A DNA stretch of 32,000 nt. Origin: Prochlorococcus marinus str. NATL2A (lineage in GTDB: Bacteria; Cyanobacteriota; Cyanobacteriia; PCC-6307; Cyanobiaceae). Below, one piece after another: positions 18,743-28,871 of this stretch. Where the stretch lies: positions 510,001-542,000 of the forward strand of contig NC_007335.2 of assembly GCF_000012465.1 (NCBI RefSeq), read 5' to 3'. Both the position numbers and the translations under genes were made by a program. Position 1 is the first letter of the stretch; the number at the start of each line of letters is the position of its first letter. The notes beneath the pieces were generated by a model. It did no database searches, was not told where the DNA came from, and was given only the letters and a program-made list of their open reading frames with translations.

Positions 18743-19147
18743 TTGGGACAACCTCAACGAATTGAAGAGCCGTTCAGAAGGAAACGTTCAAAAAAAATTA
18801 ATAAAAGAAATCCTTCTGTAAATGAAAAAATCGATGCTTTTACTCAAGTTTCTGAATTCCAGAAAGAAGCAGTTAGGCGGGAGCTTTTATATAGCAATGT
18901 GGGATTAATTTTGAAGTTTGGATTATTTATTGTGTTTGCAACCAGCCTCGTGAACTTAGGACTTGCTTCTCATCAACGTGTGAATAGAAATCTAGAGTTG
19001 TCATATTTATTAGAAAAAGAATCAAAAAAACTTCACAAGTTAAGACTGCGTTTTGATGAAATGTTTACTAATGGTGGAGAACAAAGTTTTTTTAAGGAGC
19101 AAGATCAGTGGATTACTCCAAATAGTGTCAGAGTTATCTGGCGATGA
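18743..19147 (+). CDS. small membrane protein: basic N-terminus, one TM helix, coiled-coil-like tail
   Basis: 134 aa from a TTG start with no early in-frame ATG. It has a basic N-terminus (RRKRSKKINKR), a hydrophobic helix (VGLILKFGLFIVFATSLVNLGLA) and a heptad-like tail (LELSYLLEKESKKLHKLRLRF). No family is recognised. Confidence 0.5.
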   Translation: MGQPQRIEEPFRRKRSKKINKRNPSVNEKIDAFTQVSEFQKEAVRRELLYSNVGLILKFGLFIVFATSLVNLGLASHQRVNRNLELSYLLEKESKKLHKLRLRFDEMFTNGGEQSFFKEQDQWITPNSVRVIWR

Positions 19148-19215
19148 TTAACTTTGCTTCTCTTAGGTTTAGATTTGTGTTTGAAAATTGATTTAGATAG
19201 TTTTTATTAAGGAAT

Positions 19216-20229
19216 ATGGCTCTAGTACAAGCGGCACCAGGAACTGTATTGATTACTGGAACAACATCAGGAGTTGGGTTATATGCCACAAAGTCTTTGG
19301 TTGAGAGGGGGTGGAGAGTTATTACTGCTAATAGATGTTCTTTGAGAGCTGAAGCGTCTGCATCCGCAGTTGGATTACCTACCAATAGTCCAAGACAACT
19401 TAAACATATACAAATTGATCTTGGCGACTTGGATAGCGTACGTAATGGGGCTAAAAGTCTTCTAGAAGATTTGGAAAAGCCATTGGATGCTTTGGTTTGT
19501 AATGCTGCTGTATATCTTCCGCGTTTAAAAAAACCTTTGAGATCTCCACAGGGATATGAAATATCAATGGCAACGAATCATTTTGGGCACTTTTTATTAA
19601 TTCAGATGCTATTGGAAAATCTTAGTAAGTCTTCAAGACCAGTTTGGAAGGGAAGATCTTGGGGGGTGGAATCATCTAGAGTGGTTATCTTAGGAACAGT
19701 AACTGCTAACAATAAAGAACTTGGCGGGAAAATACCAATACCAGCTCCTGCTGATCTGGGAAATCTATCTGGTTTTGAAGAAGGTTTTTGCGATCCCATC
19801 TCAATGGCTAGTGGAAAACGTTTTAAACCAGGGAAAGCCTATAAAGACAGTAAGTTATGCAATATGATTACAACCCAAGAATTACATAGGCGATTTAATT
19901 CTTCTCCAATTCTTTTTAGTTCTCTATATCCAGGATGTGTAGCTAATACTAGATTATTTAGAAACACTCCTAAACTATTTCAGTGGTTGTTTCCATGGTT
20001 TCAGAAATTAATAACAGGAGGTTTCGTAAGTGAAGCACTGGCTGGCGATAGAGTCGCCCAAGTTGTTTCAGACCCTCAATTTGCTATTTCTGGAGTTCAT
20101 TGGAGTTGGGGTAATAGACAACGCAAGGATAGACAACAATTTTCACAAGAATTGTCTGATCGAGTCACTGATCCAGTGACCTCTAGAAAAGTTTGGGAAT
20201 TGTCTATGCGATTAGTTGGGCTGAAATAA
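19216..20229 (+). CDS. por: light-dependent NADPH:protochlorophyllide oxidoreductase (LPOR)
   Basis: 337 aa. It has the SDR loop [10 protein letters not shown], the catalytic YKDSK, and the LPOR-specific insertion with conserved Cys ([28 protein letters not shown]). Confidence 0.95.
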   Translation: MALVQAAPGTVLITGTTSGVGLYATKSLVERGWRVITANRCSLRAEASASAVGLPTNSPRQLKHIQIDLGDLDSVRNGAKSLLEDLEKPLDALVCNAAVYLPRLKKPLRSPQGYEISMATNHFGHFLLIQMLLENLSKSSRPVWKGRSWGVESSRVVILGTVTANNKELGGKIPIPAPADLGNLSGFEEGFCDPISMASGKRFKPGKAYKDSKLCNMITTQELHRRFNSSPILFSSLYPGCVANTRLFRNTPKLFQWLFPWFQKLITGGFVSEALAGDRVAQVVSDPQFAISGVHWSWGNRQRKDRQQFSQELSDRVTDPVTSRKVWELSMRLVGLK

Positions 20230-20245
20230 TTCTTGAACTAGCTCT

Positions 20246-21163
<918 letters not shown>

Positions 21164-21395
21164 TTATATTCTTGCAGTCAAATATCTCTTTAGGAAATGT
21201 TTAGCGAATTCGATACATTTGGCATTAAATATATGTCTTCAAATGAAAACATATATATATTGAACAGCACATATGCGTATTTTTACTCATGCCTTTAACC
21301 TGCGTATTGGATAGTGAATTAGCTTTCAAATGTGTTGTGGGCACTAAGGGCTGCTAACTGTTGGGAGCACAAAAGTCACCGTAGGCAGATATTAG

Positions 21396-21415
21396 GTAAC
21401 TAAAAAGTAACTAAA
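21396..21415. promoter_or_regulatory. tandem direct repeat GTAACTAAA-AA-GTAACTAAA (11-bp phasing) upstream of chlN
   Basis: Two exact 9-mers lie at 21396..21404 and 21407..21415, 82 nt upstream of the chlN ATG. The function is unknown. Confidence 0.35.
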
Positions 21416-21469
21416 TACGAAAGAGATTAAGTGTTTGTTGACGCTTTACCCTTTTTGGATGCAATTTGA

Positions 21470-22753
<1,284 letters not shown>

Positions 22754-22757
22754 TTTC

Positions 22758-24335
22758 ATGGAATTAACTCTCTGGACATACGAAGGACCTCCTCATATCG
22801 GAGCGATGAGGATTGCTACGTCTATGAAAAAATTACATTATGTTTTACATGCTCCTCAAGGGGATACTTACGCTGACCTTCTTTTTACGATGATTGAACG
22901 CCGCGGAAGTAGACCACCTGTAACTTATACAACTTTTCAAGCTAGAGATTTAGGAGGTGATACAGCAGAACTTGTAAAAGGACATATAAAAGAAGCCGTA
23001 GACAGATTTAAGCCAGAGACTCTTTTGGTAGGAGAAAGTTGTACAGCTGAATTAATTCAAGATCAGCCCGGATCACTAGCAAAAGGTATGGGTTTTGATA
23101 TCCCAATTGTCAGCCTCGAATTACCGGCCTATAGCAAAAAGGAAAACTGGGGTGGATCTGAGACCTTTTATCAAATCGTAAGAACTTTACTCAAAGACCA
23201 CTCGAATGAATCCAAGCATACGTGGCAGGAAGAAAAAAGAAGACCGAGGGTAAATCTACTTGGTCCAACTTTGCTTGGATTTAGATGTAGGGATGATGTT
23301 TTGGAAATACAAAAACTACTTGGTCAGTACGGGATAGACGTCAATGTTGTGGCGCCACTAGGAGCATCACCTGCAGATATATTGCGAATCCCCAATGCTG
23401 ATGTAAATGTTTGCCTTTATCCAGAAATAGCGGAATCAACTTGTATTTGGCTTGAAAGAAATTTAAATATTCCTTTTACAACAACAGTTCCGCTTGGTGT
23501 TGGGGCTACTCAGGATTTTCTTAAGGAATTACACAAAGTGTTAGAGATGGAAATCCCTCAATCAGTAAACGAATCTAATAATTCGAAATTAACCTGGTAC
23601 TCGAATTCAGTGGATTCGAATTACCTAACAGGTAAAAGAGTCTTTATTTTTGGAGACGGAACACACGCTCTTGCTGCAGCAAGAATTGCTAATGAGGAGC
23701 TTGGTTTTAAAGTTGTAGGTCTAGGAACTTATAGTCGAGAAATGGCTAGGAAAGTTCGTCCAGCCGCTAAGGCACTTGGTTTAGAGGCATTGATAACCAA
23801 TGACTACTTAGAAGTAGAAGATGCGATAAAAGAAACATCTCCAGAACTAGTCCTTGGCACACAAATGGAGCGACATAGTGCAAAAAGACTTGGTATCCCA
23901 TGCGCTGTGATCAGTACACCAATGCATGTGCAGGATGTACCTGCTCGATATAGCCCTCAAATGGGATGGGAGGGTGCAAATGTCATTTTTGATGACTGGG
24001 TTCATCCATTAATGATGGGACTGGAGGAACATTTAATTGGAATGTTTAAGCATGACTTCGAATTTGTTGATGGCCACCAAAGTCATCTAGGACATTTAGG
24101 TGGAAAAGGAACTCAAAATACAAATAAAGAGGCTATAAAAACAAACTTACAAGATTCAGTAATTACAGATAGCGACCCTATCTGGACACATGAAGGTGAA
24201 AAAGAACTTTCGAAAATCCCATTTTTTGTAAGAGGTAAGGTAAGAAGAAATACAGAGAATTATGCTCGCCAAGCTGGATGTAGAGAAATCAACGAAGAAA
24301 CTCTATATGACGCTAAGGCTCATTATAAAGCCTAA
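22758..24335 (+). CDS. chlB: dark-operative protochlorophyllide reductase subunit B
   Basis: 525 aa. It has the N-terminus [33 protein letters not shown], and [14 protein letters not shown] is typical of ChlB. It starts 4 nt after chlN, so the two are likely co-transcribed. Confidence 0.95.
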   Translation: MELTLWTYEGPPHIGAMRIATSMKKLHYVLHAPQGDTYADLLFTMIERRGSRPPVTYTTFQARDLGGDTAELVKGHIKEAVDRFKPETLLVGESCTAELIQDQPGSLAKGMGFDIPIVSLELPAYSKKENWGGSETFYQIVRTLLKDHSNESKHTWQEEKRRPRVNLLGPTLLGFRCRDDVLEIQKLLGQYGIDVNVVAPLGASPADILRIPNADVNVCLYPEIAESTCIWLERNLNIPFTTTVPLGVGATQDFLKELHKVLEMEIPQSVNESNNSKLTWYSNSVDSNYLTGKRVFIFGDGTHALAAARIANEELGFKVVGLGTYSREMARKVRPAAKALGLEALITNDYLEVEDAIKETSPELVLGTQMERHSAKRLGIPCAVISTPMHVQDVPARYSPQMGWEGANVIFDDWVHPLMMGLEEHLIGMFKHDFEFVDGHQSHLGHLGGKGTQNTNKEAIKTNLQDSVITDSDPIWTHEGEKELSKIPFFVRGKVRRNTENYARQAGCREINEETLYDAKAHYKA

Positions 24336-24346
24336 ATTTGGTCCTT

Positions 24347-24712
24347 CTAATTACGCCAATGAGAACTTTCTTGGCTTGATTTGATTAATCTCCAAACATT
24401 TCTTGATAACTTCTTAGCAATTAGACCACCTCTCTCAACTTTTGAGGAGCCTGGCCTAACGCCCAAAAGTTTTGATACTTCTGTTGTGCTTAGTGGAGCA
24501 CCTGTTTCTAGAGCTAGAGAAGTTAGTTCAAGTCTTTGACGCAGCTCATACGTATCACATTTTTCGTCTTCTTTTAACCAATTCAAGTCGGCAAGTCCTT
24601 TGTCAGACAATTTTTGCATAAGACCTAACGAGACTAAACCTAGCGCTTGCTCCGGATTGATTTCAGCATTTGAGTTATTGTTTTTGGGATCCTTTGGCTG
24701 AGTTGCAGACAT
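24347..24712 (-). CDS. small conserved-looking protein with C-terminal excisionase/AlpA-like helix-turn-helix pattern
   Basis: 121 aa. LSTTEVSKLLGVRPGSSKVERGGLIAKKLSRNVWRL resembles the HTH plus wing (G..ik.g.r.WR) layout of MerR-superfamily excisionase-type DNA binders. This is a pattern-level call only. Confidence 0.55.
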   Translation of the reverse strand: MSATQPKDPKNNNSNAEINPEQALGLVSLGLMQKLSDKGLADLNWLKEDEKCDTYELRQRLELTSLALETGAPLSTTEVSKLLGVRPGSSKVERGGLIAKKLSRNVWRLIKSSQESSHWRN

Positions 24713-24813
24713 TCTTTCGTAAAATCAATATATCTTGAATTTATCGGCTTACAATCAGCATGCAAGTCTCAATTGCTAGCTAAAAAGACAATCTTTGAGG
24801 TAGTATCTCGCGC

Positions 24814-25590
24814 ATGACGAGATTCGCCACATTTGAAAATAATGAGAGGCGACCAGGAGGAAGTCAAAGAATTACTGGTGCAGAGGTTAATAAATATCTT
24901 GTCGATGATCCAAAGAGAGTAATAACAACTGATTCTGAAAAATCGTTAGTTGCTCGTCAAGCAAGTCATGTAAAACAAATTGAATTAAGAACATATGTAT
25001 TTCTAGATTCTTTGCAACCTCAACTTGCTGCTTATATGGGTACTGCAAGTTCAGGATTTTTACCCATACCCGGTGATGCTTGTCTTTGGATGGAGGTTTC
25101 TCCTGGAATGGCTGTGCATAGGGTTACAGATATCGCACTAAAAGCCAGCAACGTTCGATTAGGGCAAATGATCGTTGAAAGGGCATTTGGATCTCTTGCT
25201 CTTTATCACCGAGATCAAAGCACAGTACTGCATTCAGGCGATGTCGTTTTGGATGCCATAGGTAGCACAATTGATAGGAGAACGGATCCGCAAGTTACTT
25301 GGACTGAGGTTATTCGCTCTATTACTCCGGACCATGCTGTTTTGATCAATCGACAAAATAGACGTGGCTCAATGATTCAATCTGGAATGAGTATGTTCAT
25401 TCTTGAGACTGAACCAGCTGGATATGTTTTGATGGCTGCGAACGAAGCAGAGAAGGCATCAAACATCACAATCGTTGATGTGAAAGGAGTTGGTGCTTTT
25501 GGAAGACTGACTTTAGCTGGGAAAGAAGGAGATGTTGAGGAGGCTGCGGCTGCGGCGATGAGATCTATTGACCAAATCAATAGAAGTTAA
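24814..25590 (+). CDS. csoS1D: tandem-BMC-domain carboxysome shell protein (CsoS1D type)
   Basis: 258 aa. Two BMC-like halves are present ([21 protein letters not shown]..., then [43 protein letters not shown]). It lies one gene upstream of the cso operon, as described for Prochlorococcus CsoS1D. Confidence 0.85.
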   Translation: MTRFATFENNERRPGGSQRITGAEVNKYLVDDPKRVITTDSEKSLVARQASHVKQIELRTYVFLDSLQPQLAAYMGTASSGFLPIPGDACLWMEVSPGMAVHRVTDIALKASNVRLGQMIVERAFGSLALYHRDQSTVLHSGDVVLDAIGSTIDRRTDPQVTWTEVIRSITPDHAVLINRQNRRGSMIQSGMSMFILETEPAGYVLMAANEAEKASNITIVDVKGVGAFGRLTLAGKEGDVEEAAAAAMRSIDQINRS

Positions 25591-26177
25591 TTATTTTTAA
25601 TTCCTATAGCTTTCAAAAGGTAAGGCGCTAATTCTCTGGCGGCTTTACCTCTACTTCCATGTTTTGATAATTGTGCATTATTTAATTCTCCATAAGTGCA
25701 ATTAGTTTCACGAACCCAAAATAATGATTCAAATTCACCATTGGGGTAAGCAGGCTCTTTTAAAATTTCGCCCCAGCAAATTCCTATTGTATTTTGGATT
25801 ATCTCTCCACTGTTAGAGCAGAGAACCATTACGCTGCAAACTTTTGCGCTTCTATAAGGACTGTCTCCGAGAGCAGTTAGGATTTTTTCTATTTTTTTTT
25901 CATTTGTATTAGCAAGTCGTGCAGAAAAGATACCTGGAGCATTACCAAGAGAATCAATTTCAAGTCCAGAATCATCTGCAATAGTCCAACTGTTAGTCAA
26001 TGCCGCTGCTGCTTTTGCTTTCAATATGGCATTCTCCAGATATGTTTTTCCTGTTTCTTCAACATCTAAAGAACTAGGTTGTTTTTTAACTTCAATTGGT
26101 AGCGGCCCAAGCATTGCCTCTATCTCAGCAACCTTCTTGGGATTACCACTAGCAATGGTTATTAGTGGTTTTTTCAA
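25587..26177 (-). CDS. rdgB: non-canonical purine NTP pyrophosphatase (Ham1/RdgB/ITPase)
   Basis: 196 aa with blocks [35 protein letters not shown] and SKHGSRGKA, typical of the Ham1 family. Its stop overlaps the csoS1D stop (TTAA). Confidence 0.88.
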   Translation of the reverse strand: MKKPLITIASGNPKKVAEIEAMLGPLPIEVKKQPSSLDVEETGKTYLENAILKAKAAAALTNSWTIADDSGLEIDSLGNAPGIFSARLANTNEKKIEKILTALGDSPYRSAKVCSVMVLCSNSGEIIQNTIGICWGEILKEPAYPNGEFESLFWVRETNCTYGELNNAQLSKHGSRGKAARELAPYLLKAIGIKNN

Positions 26178-26272
26178 ATCGAATAATTTAACTAGTCTTA
26201 TATAGTCTTACAAGAAGAAGTCAAAAACAATAGTCGTTGAATTTTATAGATGATTTTGAGACAGTTTTTTGG

Positions 26273-26518
26273 TGAACATTCCAACCCTGACATAGCAAGG
26301 AGGCTGTCTCGTGAGTAAAAATAACTACATGAACTTGTTTACGCAATGCAATATGAGTATGTCCTGACTGTTGATCGAACAGTGTTACTCAACTGTCGTA
26401 GCAAGGGTGATAAGCTCAGCTTATGAATAGGACTAGAAACTGTAATCAGCGCTATTAGAAAATCCCCTTGACTAATTGCTCTTTGGCGGGCCATTGTCCC
26501 TCCTGAACATTCCATCCC
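26273..26518 (+). promoter_or_regulatory. duplicated 15-mer TGAACATTCCA[A/T]CCC in the csoS1 upstream region
   Basis: Copies at 26273..26287 and 26504..26518 match at 14 of 15 positions. The second copy ends 16 nt before the csoS1 ATG. Confidence 0.4.
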
Positions 26519-26534
26519 TTTACAGAAATAGGAC

Positions 26535-26846
26535 ATGGCTAGCGAAACAATGGGTATTGCTCTCGGCATGATCGAGACACGCGGATTAGTACCAGCTATT
26601 GAAGCTGCTGACGCTATGACCAAGGCAGCAGAAGTGCGCTTGATTGGTCGTGAGTTTGTTGGTGGTGGTTACGTAACAGTTTTGGTTCGCGGAGAAACTG
26701 GTGCTGTAAACGCAGCAGTTCGTGCAGGCGCAGATGCTTGTGAGCGTGTAGGTGACGGACTAGTTGCAGCGCACATTATTGCTCGTCCTCATCGTGAAGT
26801 TGAGCCAGCTTTGGGCAACGGTAACTTCTTAGGTCAGAAGGACTGA
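26535..26846 (+). CDS. csoS1: major alpha-carboxysome shell hexamer protein (BMC-H)
   Basis: 103 aa. GIALGMIETRGLVPAIEAADAMTKAAEVRLIGREFVGGGYVTVLVRGETGAVNAAVRAG is near-canonical CsoS1/CcmK sequence. Confidence 0.96.
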   Translation: MASETMGIALGMIETRGLVPAIEAADAMTKAAEVRLIGREFVGGGYVTVLVRGETGAVNAAVRAGADACERVGDGLVAAHIIARPHREVEPALGNGNFLGQKD

Positions 26847-26854
26847 ATTTGACT

Positions 26855-26876
26855 AAGTCCTAAGAGGAGAGGACTT
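26855..26876 (+). terminator. hairpin after csoS1 (AAGTCCT-N8-AGGACTT) followed by a T-rich run; probable partial terminator or processing/stability element
   Basis: Perfect 7-bp inverted repeat 9 nt after the csoS1 stop, followed by TTCAAATTTT. Confidence 0.45.
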
Positions 26877-26917
26877 TTCAAATTTTCAACCTTCTAACTA
26901 ATTAACCGGAGCTATCA

Positions 26918-28330
26918 ATGGCTAAAAAGTATGATGCTGGAGTTAAGGAGTATAGAGATACTTACTTCACTCCTGATTACGTCCCCCTAGATACTGATCT
27001 ACTTGCATGTTTTAAATGCACAGGTCAGGAAGGTGTACCTAAAGAAGAAGTTGCAGCAGCTGTTGCGGCTGAATCATCTACAGGTACATGGTCAACAGTT
27101 TGGTCAGAATTACTTGTAGATCTTGAATTCTACAAAGGCCGCTGTTACCGCATTGAAGATGTCCCTGGTGACAAGGATGCCTTCTATGCATTTATTGCTT
27201 ATCCCTTAGATCTTTTTGAAGAAGGATCTATAACTAACGTTTTGACATCACTTGTTGGAAACGTCTTTGGTTTTAAAGCTTTGCGTCATCTTCGACTTGA
27301 AGATATTCGCTTCCCAATGGCATTTATCAAAACCTGCGGCGGACCACCTAGTGGAATAGTAGTTGAACGTGATCGTCTTAATAAATACGGTCGTCCATTA
27401 CTTGGTTGTACTATTAAGCCAAAACTTGGTCTTTCTGGTAAAAACTACGGTCGTGTTGTTTACGAATGCCTTCGTGGTGGTCTTGATCTAACTAAAGATG
27501 ATGAGAATATCAATTCTCAGCCATTCCAGCGTTGGAGAGAGCGTTTTGAATTTGTTGCTGAAGCGGTAAAGCTAGCTCAACAGGAAACTGGTGAAGTTAA
27601 AGGTCACTACCTGAATTGCACAGCAACTACTCCTGAAGAGATGTATAAGCGTGCTGAGTTCGCTAAAGAACTTGACATGCCAATCATCATGCATGACTAC
27701 ATAACTGGTGGTTTTACTGCTAATACAGGTCTTGCTAATTGGTGCCGTGAAAATGGCATGCTTCTTCATATTCACCGTGCTATGCATGCGGTTATCGACC
27801 GTCATCCTCAGCATGGTATCCACTTCAGAGTTCTTGCTAAGTGTTTGCGTCTATCTGGCGGAGATCAACTTCATACCGGAACAGTTGTTGGAAAACTAGA
27901 AGGAGATCGTCAAACAACTCTTGGTTATATCGATAACCTACGTGAATCCTTTGTTCCTGAAGACCGTACTCGCGGTAACTTCTTTGATCAAGATTGGGGT
28001 TCTATGCCTGGTGTATTTGCTGTGGCATCTGGTGGTATTCATGTTTGGCATATGCCAGCATTGCTTGCAATCTTTGGAGATGATTCATGTCTCCAATTTG
28101 GAGGTGGTACCCATGGACACCCTTGGGGATCAGCTGCTGGTGCGGCCGCTAACCGAGTAGCTCTAGAGGCATGTGTGAAAGCGCGTAATGCAGGCAGAGA
28201 AATCGAAAAAGAAAGTCGCGATATCCTTCTAGAAGCCGCAAAGCATAGCCCTGAGTTGGCAATTGCTCTTGAGACATGGAAGGAGATTAAGTTCGAATTC
28301 GATACAGTCGATAAACTCGACGTTCAGTAG
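26918..28330 (+). CDS. rbcL: RuBisCO large subunit, form IA
   Basis: 470 aa. It begins with [14 protein letters not shown], contains [16 protein letters not shown] with the carbamylated Lys context, and ends with [13 protein letters not shown]. It is followed by rbcS and cso genes. Confidence 0.98.
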   Translation: MAKKYDAGVKEYRDTYFTPDYVPLDTDLLACFKCTGQEGVPKEEVAAAVAAESSTGTWSTVWSELLVDLEFYKGRCYRIEDVPGDKDAFYAFIAYPLDLFEEGSITNVLTSLVGNVFGFKALRHLRLEDIRFPMAFIKTCGGPPSGIVVERDRLNKYGRPLLGCTIKPKLGLSGKNYGRVVYECLRGGLDLTKDDENINSQPFQRWRERFEFVAEAVKLAQQETGEVKGHYLNCTATTPEEMYKRAEFAKELDMPIIMHDYITGGFTANTGLANWCRENGMLLHIHRAMHAVIDRHPQHGIHFRVLAKCLRLSGGDQLHTGTVVGKLEGDRQTTLGYIDNLRESFVPEDRTRGNFFDQDWGSMPGVFAVASGGIHVWHMPALLAIFGDDSCLQFGGGTHGHPWGSAAGAAANRVALEACVKARNAGREIEKESRDILLEAAKHSPELAIALETWKEIKFEFDTVDKLDVQ

Positions 28331-28382
28331 AAAAGATATAGAGGTGACATTATAAGTTGCCTCTAACTTTCTTAAATTCACT

Positions 28383-28402
28383 AGTCGATAACTAAATCGA
28401 CT
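28383..28402 (+). other. small hairpin in the rbcL-rbcS spacer (AGTCGAT-N6-ATCGACT)
   Basis: Perfect 7-bp inverted repeat with no T-run, so it is more likely an RNA stability or processing element than a terminator. Confidence 0.35.
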
Positions 28403-28430
28403 TTCACTCATTCACTAACTTAAGTTCACC

Positions 28431-28772
28431 ATGCCTTTCCAGAGCACAGTAGGTGACTATCAAACAGTCGCCACCCTGGAAACATTCGGCTTCTTACCGC
28501 CGATGACCCAGGACGAAATCTACGATCAAATCGCTTATATCATTGCTCAGGGTTGGAGCCCGGTTATTGAGCATGTTCAGCCAAGTGGTTCAATGCAGAC
28601 TTATTGGTCTTATTGGAAGTTACCTTTCTTTGGCGAGAAAGATTTAAATTTGGTTGTTAGCGAGTTAGAAGCTTGCCATAGAGCATATCCTGACCATCAC
28701 GTTCGTATCGTTGGATATGACGCGTATACACAAAGTCAAGGTACTTGCTTTGTAGTTTTCCAAGGCCGCTAG
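28431..28772 (+). CDS. rbcS: RuBisCO small subunit
   Basis: 113 aa. ETFGFLPPMTQDEIYDQIAYIIAQGWSPVIEH and YWSYWKLPFFGEKD are typical form IA small-subunit blocks. Confidence 0.96.
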   Translation: MPFQSTVGDYQTVATLETFGFLPPMTQDEIYDQIAYIIAQGWSPVIEHVQPSGSMQTYWSYWKLPFFGEKDLNLVVSELEACHRAYPDHHVRIVGYDAYTQSQGTCFVVFQGR

Positions 28773-28790
28773 ATTAGTAGTCTTTTATTA

Positions 28791-28819
28791 ATTAGCCCCG
28801 AAACATCTTTGGGGCTAAT
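28791..28819 (+). terminator. GC-cored hairpin after rbcS (ATTAGCCCCGAA-N5-TTTGGGGCTAAT); candidate attenuating terminator between rbcLS and csoS2
   Basis: 12-bp stem including one G-U pair, with a 5-nt loop, 19 nt after the rbcS stop. There is no long U-tract (TAATTCTTTAG follows), which suggests partial termination or a 3' stabiliser. Confidence 0.6.
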
Positions 28820-28871
28820 AATTCTTTAGAGAATTAAAAATTATTTTTTGTAACCTCTCCATTGGGTTGAT

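Noticed and set aside
21205-21218. TTCGA-containing segment (GCGAATTCGATAC) as a possible tRNA T-loop
   Set aside because: There is no flanking T-stem, acceptor stem or anticodon arm. No tRNA-like cloverleaf can be drawn in any spacer of this window.
21396-21415. Identification of the tandem 9-mer as an RpaB HLR1 box or a PhoB Pho box
   Set aside because: The repeat geometry is similar, but the half-site sequence (GTAACTAA / TTAGTTAC) does not match either consensus well as I recall them. It is kept only as a generic direct-repeat site.
26193-26210. Direct repeat TAGTCTTA-TA-TAGTCTTA just upstream of rdgB
   Set aside because: It is an 8-mer repeated once in AT-rich promoter DNA. It is too short to separate from chance and has no supporting context.
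26339-26623. 94-aa minus-strand ORF spanning the csoS1 start and leader
   Set aside because: It overlaps the near-canonical csoS1 coding sequence in antisense and has no recognisable features. The region is better explained as the csoS1 5' region.
27572-28411. Several 60-83-aa ORFs on both strands inside rbcL
   Set aside because: rbcL is unambiguous, so these are frame-shifted or antisense shadows.
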